From: Geosiphon pyriformis uo1
Taxonomy: Eukaryota > Fungi > Glomeromycota
Assembly: GCA_016748015.1 (NCBI GenBank)
Contig: JAAOMT010000777.1
Span: 477,393-541,392 of the forward strand
Direction: 5' to 3'
DNA: 64,000 nucleotides
Below are positions 11,696 through 22,552 of this stretch, one piece after another; position 1 is the first letter of the stretch; each line of letters opens with the position of its first letter. The notes under the pieces were generated by a model. That model was not told the DNA's origin. It made no database searches and saw nothing but the letters and a program-made list of their open reading frames with translations. The translations under genes and the position numbers were made by a program.

Positions 11696-13460
11696 GTGGC
11701 AGAATCAGAAAATATAGGAGCAAACCATTTAGGATTTGTGAAATCCTTGTTTCAACAATACAGCCAACAATTAGGATTAAACAGTAATCATTACCCAGCC
11801 GAATCAGCCTTCAACTTCTACGTCAATAACAAAATCACTGAATGCTTAGGAGGAACAGTTAACATTGAAGCAGCAAGAGAAAACTTTTACACAGAATTAT
11901 TTCAACACACCAACTTACCAAGAAATCACAGTTTCGCCCCAATCATCAGGGAAATTAATCAAATCATTGAAAAATACATGCAACAACAATTTCCTATTAC
12001 TTACGCAGACAAAGGTAAAGGAAAGTTACAAACACCAGCAGTAATGCCTAAAGAAATACAACTACCAACCTGGAAAAAACAAAGAATTGAATCTCCACCA
12101 TATCTATTATATCATCACACATCCGAAAGTACTATCAATATTACATTAGCAGGTGTGTTCACACCAAACGCAACATTGACATTTGGACAATTCCCATTCC
12201 AAAGTAAACAAAGAAAAGCGGAGTTATTAGGACCATATGGTGAATATTTCGAGGGGTTTAAATCGAGATTACCAACACCATCAAGATTTCAATCACTGCC
12301 TTATCAGCCAGATTTCGGAACCGTCAGTCTCTGGGAAATTACTGAATCAGAAGAAGAAGACAAGGATTAAGAATTTAATTACCAAAAACTAATCTCAGAA
12401 AACCCGAACATTCAAACTCAGCAACATTTAGAAAATCCAGAAATTGAAACTCCAAATATTCAAACCCCACCAAATCAAAGAAATCAAAACCCTGATTTAA
12501 TTCATCAGCAAAACCTACCTCCAGTTATCATTATCAATCAACCACCAATTGAGCTGATTGGTGAGCCAATTCAACCACCTCAAGTACCACCTCAACAACT
12601 GTTACCTCTTCAACAACTTCAGCAACAGCCATTTCAACAGCCCCAGCAATCTATAGTACTGATGGTCTATGCACCAATCGCCAAATTAGAAAAATTCACT
12701 GGTGAAAAAAATGATGCTCAAGCTTGGTTGAATGACATTGCCAAAGCAATCATGGCAAACAATTGGAATGACAACAGAGCTTTTCAGGCAATCTCATATT
12801 TTCTCCAAAATACCGTAAATTTGTGGTATCAAAGCTTAGCTGCAAAACCTCAAACATTTGATGCATTTAAGCAGGAGTTCCTAAGATATTTCAGTAATAA
12901 TAACTGTATCAACTATTTGGTAAATACTTTTATTACCATTAAACAAAGGGACACTGAAGCCATTACCATGTACTTGGGACAATTCCATAGATGCCTGCAC
13001 CAGATCCAAGCTATCAACACTGATTATTTCACAGTGGCCCAAATTTTGAATCAATTTATCAGAGGCTTATGCAGTAGTATTCTCCAGTGCGTACATTTAC
13101 TACACTCAGTAGATTTACAAACAGCCATCACTAATGCCAGAGATTTTGAAGCAGCCGAACTCAAAGCTAACCATGCCCAAGCCATTAATCTAGTAATGAA
13201 TAGATCATCTGAATTGGATTCTAGATTAAAACAATTCAGTGATTCCATCAATCAAAAATTAGAGAGATACTTAGCTAACAACTGAGCAATCTATCAACTG
13301 CCACAATAACACAACAATCAGGAAAACTTCAATTGCATCCAAAATCAACCACATCCATCATTTCTGGCCAATCAACAGTGGCAACAAAAAATGCATGTTT
13401 GCCACTATTGTGGTAGACAAGGACACATACAAAACAATTGCTGCCAGCATTTAAATAACC
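11696..13460 (+). pseudogene. gag of copy 2 (N-terminal helical domain, Q/P-rich linker, retrotransposon capsid, CCHC knuckle)
   Basis: ORFs 11696-12370 and 12662-13285 (KLEKFTGE..DAQAWL; QFIRGL); zinc knuckle CHYCGRQGHIQNNC near 13398-13440. Confidence 0.88.
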
Positions 13461-13969
13461 AATGATTGAGAAATCAATATTGAAACCCCAATTGCCGGTT
13501 CCCAGCTCCGAATTCTTAGCAACATCAAGAACAATACCAACACTTATCTCATTATGCACCAATAATGTAGCAATCAATATATCAATCACCAGTATATCAG
13601 GCTCCAATTTATCAACTGCAGTCACAAGTAATTTATTAACAACTGCAGCCGCAAATAATATATCAACCCCAACAAATTCAAACACTGCCCCAAAACTTAC
13701 CACCCAACAGAACACAAAGACCAAGAATGACTCAACAGAGCTGAAGATCAGTGATGGTGGTCTATCAACAGATCTCCAGTTTTTCACAACAACCATTTGG
13801 ATTACGCCAATGGAATTTGGATACTGGTCAACCCCAGAACCCGAATTTTCAGAACTATTTAAGTTTCCTGGTCACCCTAGAAGATGCTTCAGCCAATAAC
13901 CCAGCATTTACTTAAAAACAACCACTCACCAGTAATATCCCACCTGCTACCATTACCAAAGACAAGTCC

Positions 13970-14430
13970 TTGGCTGCTATCTTTCCATTCAAATTCGAGG
14001 AAACAACTGCAATGCCATTATTTAATGGAGCCACTCTTGAAGCCAAACCAATTACCATGATGTACACTAATGCTAAAGTCAAGGGACAATCCATCAAATT
14101 GATCTTTGACAGCAGTTCAGCAGACAGCATCATCACACAACAACTTATGGATTAATTAGGTCGCCGAGTTAATCAAGCTGCCAGCGCCAGAATCATCACA
14201 GCCAATGGAGTGACCAAAACTCCAATCAGTAAAATCAACAACTTCTCTTTCAAAGTCAATGACATCGTAACTCCCATTAAAGTTTTAGTGATGGAAGCCA
14301 CTCAATACCAAGCTTTTGTTGGTAATAACTGGCTATCCAAAGTCAATGCAACGTTAGATTGGAACACTCAGGAACTCCAGCTAACATATTAGGACCAACA
14401 CATATATGTACTGGCTACGTGTGGTCACTT
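13970..14430 (+). pseudogene. Aspartic protease of copy 2
   Basis: Degenerate DSG motif (LIFDSSSADSII) and the QAFVGNNWL motif. Confidence 0.8.
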
Positions 14431-15639
14431 TAAGACTCCTCCAAAAGAGAAACTATTAATTGAACTGGAAGAAGAGAAAAAGAAACCTATCTGGGAAGCT
14501 TACCAAGTCTTCTGGGCCAATGCTGACCACAATGAACTACCACCCATACTATCATGAGACAACAAGAGAAAGAAGAAAGAAGAAAAACTTACCTGGAAGC
14601 CAAACCTAGGAGCATGGAGTAAAGACAACTTAAGCAAACCAACCACCAAGTAAACCTGGGAAGAAAAAAGAAAAGAGAAAGAAAAGGAAGATGACCAATC
14701 ACCAAGCATCTATTCAGTTCATACTCCATATTCTACACCACAGCAACCAAGATACTGTTGACCCAAACTAGTATGTGTCAGTTGTGGCAAAAAACTGTCA
14801 ACAATGAATACATGCTGTAGTAAGGACGAAGAATAGACAACAGCAACCAAGTACTACTGTTGCCCATGTGTCCTTGAACATGATAGATGGCTGCCAAAAG
14901 TAGGAAAATGGGACAGTACTTTGTGTTTAGCTTGTGGAGATACTCTCTTAGATGAAGGGATATGGAAAGACATTCCTGGAAGAAAAAGAGCATGTGACAA
15001 GACATGCCAATACACAATCCTAATCAATAACTGGATATGAAAGGGAACTTCTATTGACAATGCCTGGAAACAAGCATTAAAACACCTGAAAAAATACCCA
15101 TATGACAAAGATGAAATCTGGAGAATGACATATGCTATGTCAGAAAGTGCTACAACAGAGGAGCTAAGAAAAATTAAAAACAACCCACTATTCCTACCTG
15201 AGCCTAAATATGTCCAAACTTTTGATGCCTTTAGCAACATCGAAGATGATCCAGAGAAATTCCATGAGCACTACCAACGATTAGCACCCACGAGAGAGAA
15301 ACAAGAGCAATGCTTGGAAGAGATAAACACCCGACTATGTAACCACTGTTTGATCTTATGTGACTTCCAGTATTGTGATGAGTATGACCTCATCTACAAT
15401 CCACCACCACACATGATCTACATGATCCCAGAAAAAGAAAAACCAATCAGCAGCTGCGCATCAGAATCAAAATTACTGATCAATTGTACTTCAAACTCTA
15501 ACGACAATGATAATAACAATGGTTTGAGCTCCAGTCAAGATGGCAATGACAACGACAATGGTATAAACTCAGATTCAAACTCCAATTCAGACTCTGAACA
15601 ATATATCACACTCTTTGACCTTACCAAAGACCAAGAACT

Positions 15640-16070
15640 TAAATGGTTTAGTGATAATGACAAAGGTATCATGCCAGAATGAGTGCATGATACTGATGCA
15701 GAGTTTGATCTGAAGTATCCAGGAAAAGATGCCATCAAATTGGAACCACATTCATGCATCTGCCTTGATTTGAAAATAGTGCTGGAAATTCTGGCAACAA
15801 CAATGGTTCAATTAGCATCTAGGAGTAATTTAGCGAAAAAAGGGATTAATATAAGAGAAGGAATAATTGACATGGGATATGTAAGAAATATCATTGCTAT
15901 GCTACAAAATGACTCAGAAAAAGCCTATATAATAAAGCCCAACAAAAAGATAGCACAGGCAATATTTCTGCCTCTGGTTAGAGTAGCTCAGTTAGTATCA
16001 GTGGAAAAAAGAGAGGAATTAGGAATAACAGTGAGAGGAATACAGGGATTTGGATCAACAGGTAGAATAG
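15640..16070 (+). pseudogene. dUTPase domain within pol of copy 2
   Basis: Five trimeric-dUTPase motifs: HDTDAEFDL, ASRSNLAKKG, GIIDMGY, KIAQAI, RGIQGFGSTG. Confidence 0.9.
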
Positions 16071-16559
16071 ATGTGCCAGTCAACATGGCAGAAGAAAAAA
16101 TTATTGGCCAAGGAAAAATTATCTCAACCAGTTAAGCAATTTCCATTCCACCATATGACCAGTACATAATAACAATAGAGAGAGAGGTAAAAGACCAAGC
16201 ACAAATTTTTGAAGCAGAAGCAAGTCTTTGTGAATCAAGAGAAGTTGGACTCATCAATCTCCACATACCAGCCAAGAATTATAACCACATCAAAATTCCC
16301 ATCTACAACAACACCAGAAATGTTGTCAATATACCAGAAAGAACCATCATCAGATATTTGATCACAGAAATAGAGGATCAACTACCAAGCACCATTCCAA
16401 ACTTTCTACAGCTTTGTAAATATGTCAATATCACATCACAAATAATATATGGATGAAGCAAATGTTATTTGCTCCAACCAAAACAGTTAGAACAAATAAA
16501 CATGGGAAACTTAAATCCACTCCAATATATGCAACTTAAGATGTTGCTCAACAATTTCA

Positions 16560-17896
16560 ACAACATCTTTGCCAGTGAAAATGAGTTTGGCTGAACTGAC
16601 ATCATTCAGCATCAGATCAAGACTGGAGATGCAATGCCAATTAAATAAAGAGCATACAGAGTACCACCAACTAGTCACAAGATCATTCATCAAGAGATAA
16701 ACCAAATGCTTGACAATGAACTAATTTAGCCATCAATGAGCCCATGGTCATTACCAGTGGTACTTGTTCAGAAAAAAAATAGGAAAATCCACTTTTGTGT
16801 GGATTATAAAAAACTCAATGGAGTAATTCATGGAAATAGCTACTTCACTCCATGGATTCAAAAATTATTCAATGCTTTTGGTGGAAACAAATGGTTTTCA
16901 ATATTAGACCTGGACAGTAGTTACTGGCAAGTAGCCATGGATCCAGCTGACAAAGAGAAAACAGTATTCACCACAAGGGAAGGGAATTTCGAATTTGAAG
17001 TAATGCCATTCAGCTTAACCAATGCCTCAGCAACTTTCCAACAGCTAATGGAAATCGTTTATACTGGCTTATTGTGAAAATCAGTAGTTGTATACTTGGA
17101 CGACACCAATGTATTCTCAAAAACATTTGATAATCATCTTTATCATCTTCAACAAGTGTTCAAAAGACTAAGAAAAGCAGGACTAAAGTTAAATACAACA
17201 AAGTGCTTTTTTGGCAAGACAGAACTAAAATTCTTGAGACACATAGTCAGCAAAAATGGCATCAAAACGGATTCAGAGAAAATAGAGATAATAAAGAACT
17301 CTCTAGTGCTAACCAATATAACAGAGCTGAAATCATTCTTGGGATTTGCCAGCTACTATCGGTGTTTTATTAAGAACTTTTCCAAGATAGCGCAGCCACT
17401 CAACCAACTGCAAACCAAGAATACAAAATATGAATGGACAGAAAATCAACAAGAAGCTTTTGATATTCTGAAAAGAAAACTCATTCAAGCTCCAATACTG
17501 ATCTATCCAGATCACAGCAAACCATTCATTATCACCACTAATGCATCTGGCCAAGCATTGGGAGCAGTATTATTTCAGAGAGGGCCAGACAGCAGAGAAC
17601 ATCCAGTAGCATATGTCAGCAGAGGTTTAATGCCAGCCAAAAAGAACTATGGAACACTGGAACAAGAACACTTAGCAATATACTGGGCAGTCATGAAATG
17701 GAAAGAATACTTGAGCCAGAAATTTAAAGTATACACAGATCACAAAGGATTAACATCACTTTAAAAACAAGAATTTGGAGATAGAAGACAGTCAAAATGG
17801 AAAATAGCACTCACACCATATAATTATACTATACATTATAAAAAGAGAAAAGATAATGGAAATGCTGATGGTTTGTCATAAATGAAACAAATCTAA
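16560..17896 (+). pseudogene. Reverse transcriptase and RNase H of copy 2
   Basis: SPWSLPVVLV, CVDYKKLN, LDLDSSYWQV, MPFSLTNA, YLDD (17093), TNASGQALGAVL, YTDHKGL, NADGLS; terminates ...MKQI* at 17894-17896. Confidence 0.93.
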
Positions 17897-17958
17897 GAAC
17901 ATTTCAACCCAAAAATATAACAAAACCAGAACAATACCAACAAAAAATATAACAAAAG

Positions 17959-19340
17959 ATGAACATACAAAAATACCAACAACTGCAACATTATATAAAC
18001 ACTCAACAGTTCAAGAAAAATTTATCTCAAACAGAACAAAAGAGTATCAAACAACAATCAAAATATTTTATTACTCACCAAAATATACTGTATCAGAAAA
18101 ATAGAAGAAATCTAGAGCAACCAACCAGAGTAATTACAGAGCCAGAAAAAGAGACAATATTATTTAACATGCACTCAAATTCAACAGCAAGACACTTTCA
18201 CAAAGAAGCAACCATAAAAAGAACCAGAAAAAAATACTATTGGCCATCAATGTATCCGGACATCATCTAATATGTTCAAAATTGTGATGCTTGTCAGCAA
18301 AGAAGAGGTACGAAATCCAGTGAACCATTAAGACCAATCAAAGTGAAACAACCATTTGACTGTGTTGGAATTGATTTAGTCAGACCATTAACAATCACCA
18401 GCAGAGGAAACAGATACATAGCAGTAGTCATAGACTATTTTACTAAATGGCCAGAGGTGAAAGCAATTCAAAGAGCAAATGCAGAATTCATTGCCAAATT
18501 CATTTATCAAGATTTAATTTGTCGACACAGATGTCCAAAGGAATTATTATCAGACCAAGGAACTTATTTTGTGAACAGAACATTAACAGAATTGAGCCAA
18601 GGATTCGGAATTAAGAGACCACTATTATCATCATACCATCCACAAACCAATGAATTAGTCGAAAGATTCAACAGAATATTGTGTAAAGCAATAGCTAAAC
18701 TCAGCCAAGAAAACCAGAACAATTGGAATTTGTTGATACCATCAGTACTATTTGCTTATTGGACAATGAAGCAAGATACTACACAAGCAATGCCATTTGA
18801 ATTAGTATATAGTAAAATAGCAACACTACCAGTAGAAATAGAAGTCAGCACATACTCAACCAAACCAATAACAGAAGAGAATTTCAAAAACACATTGTTA
18901 AGAAAAACATATGACTTAATAGAAACATTAGAAAACAAATGACAAAGAGCAGCTGATAACATACAAAGGTCACAAAAAAACAAAAAGAAAGACATGATAA
19001 CCAACTACCAGATAAACCAGTTGAATTCAGGATTGAAGACAAAGTACTACTACATCATACCAAAGTGGAAAAACAATGGAGTGGAAAATTTGACTCCAAA
19101 TGAAACAGACCATTTCACATAGAAGAAATTCTAGGAAATGGAACTTACAAATTAAGATTGAATAACAAAATCTTGACCAAAGCAGCACATAGAAATCGAC
19201 TAAAACCATACCATCATATAGCATCATCATCCACCAATGACATTCCACAATTAGAAGTACAGAGAATACTAGTCCAATCAGATGAGATTCTACAAGATCT
19301 GAAACCAATTATTATCATTAACAACAACATATCTAATTGA
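17959..19340 (+). pseudogene. Integrase of copy 2 (separate ORF, no chromodomain)
   Basis: ATG at 17959; HHCC (MHS..HF..YYWP..C..C); rve core GIDLV..DYFTKW..SDQGTYF..YHPQTNELVERFN; GPF-type C-terminus. Confidence 0.92.
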
Positions 19341-19362
19341 TCAACAAAAAAATATATAAGAA

Positions 19363-20023
19363 CATGGTCAACATGACAGAAGAAATCAGAAAAATGGAAA
19401 TTACGGACAATATCTATTCACTAGTCCAACAAATTTTTCAATTAATCCAACACCAGGAGATGGAAATTACAATCAATCAACAAACCATTTGTTACAAAAA
19501 TATGGCAAAGATACCACAAAACAAAGCACAGAAAAGACTTGAAAATGTTGTTGACAAGATCATAACCAAGATAAAATTGGCCATAAAAAAACAACAAATA
19601 GTCGGATTACACCAAGAACTTACCAGAAAAACTTGGACTTGGTAAACACAACAATTTCCAAAAAATTATTGTTATTTTTACTTGAGACAACACATGAATA
19701 TCCAGAACTTATATACAGATAAAACAAAATGGTTATTTGACACAACAATACTACAACAACTAGAACATTTTGTGGGAAAAAACAACTTATTCACACAAGT
19801 TTGAGCTATATACCAAATACACACAGCATTTCAGAATTGACCAGAAATCCTACTCAACAAAGCAATAGATACAGTTACCAATAATCAATTGGGAAAAATC
19901 ACCAATGCTTAATTTAAAGAACTACAGACTCAAATAACACAAGTAATTCTCGAAAACAAAATTCAGGAAATACTTCAAAAGGGAGAATTAAAAGAATTAG
20001 ATTTCGATGGAGCTTAATATTAA
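19363..20023 (+). pseudogene. ORF3, conserved unknown helical protein in the env position (one frameshift, several stops)
   Basis: Reconstructed C-terminal half KIICYFYL..H...AIYQIHTAFQN.PEILLN...NQLGKITNA.FKELQTQITQVIL...DFDGA.Y* is homologous to 57014-56330. Confidence 0.75.
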
Positions 20024-20036
20024 AAGGAGGGAATAA

Positions 20037-20930
20037 TGTTACTCATAAAATATAGGAAATATAGTATTATTAGTCAGTAGATATTAGCCAATGATATGTA
20101 GACGTAGTAAATGTGAAATTCCAAGATTTCTCTCAAAGAAATTGCAGGATTCCAGGAATTTCAAAATTCTCCAACAAGAAATTGCAGGATTCCAGAATCC
20201 CAGGATTCCTCTCATCAGGAATCACAAGATTCCAGGAATTCCAGGATTCCTGTTGTAAGGAATTAAGGAATTGAGGAATCTCAAATATGTATATATAGCA
20301 GTAGCATTAAAAGCAGAAAAGACAGAATTGACACCAAGAATTCTTAGCCTAGTTACCACAATCCTTAAATAAAATAATTATTCACTATATTAAATTTCTT
20401 CCTCACTATCAACACTTCATGTTGATAGTAACTGATACTTAACTATATTGGAACAATAGCTCTTGATTACGGCTATTGATGAGATACGAATCAGAATCAC
20501 CTTGGCTTATTTGCTTTATTTCATATTTTTTGCTTTCTTTCTTTTCTTTTTTTTCTATTTTTGTTTTGTTGTTGTATACTAATTGATTAAGGATTAAAAG
20601 TGTTGAGTTATTGATGTCACGGATAGCCTGGTAAAAGACCCAGAAATAAGGGTAGAATTTTATATATTATTGGATAGCTTACCAGAAGGGCACAACTGCC
20701 AGAATAAATCTGGCCTTCATGCTGAGAAAGAAATTGAACAGAATTGTGATTCTGAAGACTATTACAATTATAATTGAATCTCTGTTCATTATACAAAGAA
20801 CTCAATCCAAACCTTCAGATATCAAAACCTTCAGATTACCAATACCAACATCAACAGAAATCAATAGCTTTTGAGCACCAAGTTATGGGTTTGTTATTTA
20901 TTCTCACACCAGAAATAATCATCTGTAACA
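20037..20930 (+). repeat. 3' LTR of copy 2
   Basis: TGTTACTCATAAAA...CATCTGTAACA, preceded by the PPT. Confidence 0.93.
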
Positions 20931-21883
20931 CCAGTGAATTTCTCGAGTTTAGCTATGAAAGCGTAAGCCATTGGTATGATCAGTTGTTAGTGTAGTGGTT
21001 AAAGTTGTTGTTAAATAAGTTGCTAAAGTGGCTGTTGTTAAATTGGTTCAATAATCAGTTCAATTGGTGGCTGATTAATAACGATTATTAAAGGTAAGTT
21101 TTGCTAATTAATTGCTTTGGAGTTTGAATTGTCTTGAGTTTGCTGAATTTGAATGTTCGGAGTTTCAACTTCTGAATTTTCTAGAATCGAGTTTTTGTAA
21201 GTAAATTCTTGATCCTCACTTTCTTCTTCTGATTCCATTACTTTTCACGAACTCGTGGTTCCAAAATCTGGTTGAGGTAGCAGTGATCAAAATCCTAATA
21301 GTGTTGGTGATCACAATTTAAATTCTTCAAAATATTCACCATATGGTCCTAGTAATTCTGCTTTTCTTTGTTTACTTTGAAATGAGAATTGTCCAAAGAT
21401 TAATATCATGTGTGATGTGGATGCATTTGCTGTGGAGATATTAATGGCACTTTCTGGGGTATAATGGTATGATAGATTGATTGGTGATTTAACTCTGGTT
21501 TTTTTCCAAGTGGGTGGTTGTATCTTTTTGGGTGTTACTGCTTGTGTTTGCAGTCTTCTTTTGTTTCTGTCTACATAGGTGATGGGGAATTGTTGTTGGG
21601 TGTACTTTTCAATAGTTTGATTGATTTCTCTGATAATTAGTGCAAAACTGTAGTTTCTTGGTAAGCTGGTATGTTGAAACAATTCTGTATAGAAATTTTT
21701 TCTTGCTGATTTAATATTAACTGTTCCTTCTAAGCAGTCTGTGATTTTATTGTTGATGTAGAAGTTAAAGACTGATTCTACTGGAAAATAATTATTGTTT
21801 AATCTTAATTGTTGGCTGTACTGTTGAAACAAAAATTTGGCAAATCCTAAATGGTTTGCTCTTATGATTTCTGATTCTGCCAC
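20931..21883 (-). pseudogene. gag 5' part of family A copy 1
   Basis: ORF 21311-21883 is near-identical in motif to 11696-12370; it continues after the insertion at 10799. Confidence 0.88.
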
Positions 21884-21945
21884 TTTTGGATAATTGTTGT
21901 TGGTGTTGGTTCTCTGTAGAATTATATCTCACAGAGAGCACCAAA

Positions 21946-22552
21946 TATTACAAGTGATTATTTGAGGTCTCAAGTTAAATAACAAACCCATAACTTGGTG
22001 CTCAAAAACTATTTGCAGTGATAGTAATCTAAAGATTTTGGGTTGAGTCCTTTGTATAATGGACAAAAATTTAATAGTTGTTTATCTATAGCTTTTCAGA
22101 ATTGCAATTCTGTCAATTTCTTTTTTCAGCTTGATAGCTGGTACTTCTTTGGTAAGTAATCCGTATTTTTTTATATGCTCTACTCACTTACAGAGGTCTT
22201 TTATCTGGCAATTCTTGACATTAATAATTCAGTGCTTAATTCTCAATCAATTAGTAAATTCAAAGAAATAACAAGAAAAATAAAAGAAAATGATAAAAAT
22301 AAAAGAAATAAGCCAAGACAATTTACATGTTAGTATCTCATCAATAGTCATGATCAAGAGCTATTGTTCTAGTGGTGTTAAGTATCAATTACTATTAACA
22401 TAGAGTGTTGATAGTAAGAGTGAATTAAGATAGCAAAATAATTATTTATTTGATATTGGTGAAGTGGAAGATTGTTTTAGATTAAATCCAAACTGTGAGA
22501 TCTTTAACTAAAAGATTTTGTTTTTTCTACTTTTAACACTACTGCTATATAT
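21946..22552 (-). repeat. Truncated 5' LTR of family A copy 1
   Basis: The reverse complement matches the 3' part of family A LTRs; homology stops at the TATATA motif where the AT-rich tract begins. Confidence 0.8.

Larger units (their letters stand above)
10800..20930 (+). mobile_element. Full-length Ty3/Gypsy LTR retrotransposon, family A copy 2 (degenerate), nested in gag of copy 1
   Basis: LTRs at 10800-11636 and 20037-20930; TSD TCAG/CCAG (10796-10799, 20931-20934); PBS, PPT and all coding domains present. Confidence 0.95.
1..22552 (-). mobile_element. Ty3/Gypsy LTR retrotransposon, family A copy 1 (degenerate host element, interrupted by insertions at 579-4484 and 10800-20930; 3' end beyond window start)
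   Basis: Read on the minus strand: partial LTR 21946-22552, PBS, gag (21883-20931, continuing 10799-~9900), protease (LILDNESADSII), dUTPase, RT, RNase H, integrase and ORF3. Reading frames rejoin across both insertions once the 4-bp TSDs are removed. Confidence 0.93.

Noticed and set aside
13329-13899. Overlapping alternative-frame and antisense ORFs in the gag-PR linker (also 46742-47125, 48194-48733, 34160-34501)
   Set aside because: Explained as shadows of low-complexity or biased-codon coding sequence. A programmed gag-pol frameshift could not be established from these decayed copies.
19363-20023. ORF3 as a retroviral env gene
   Set aside because: Too short, with no signal peptide, furin site or transmembrane anchor visible.
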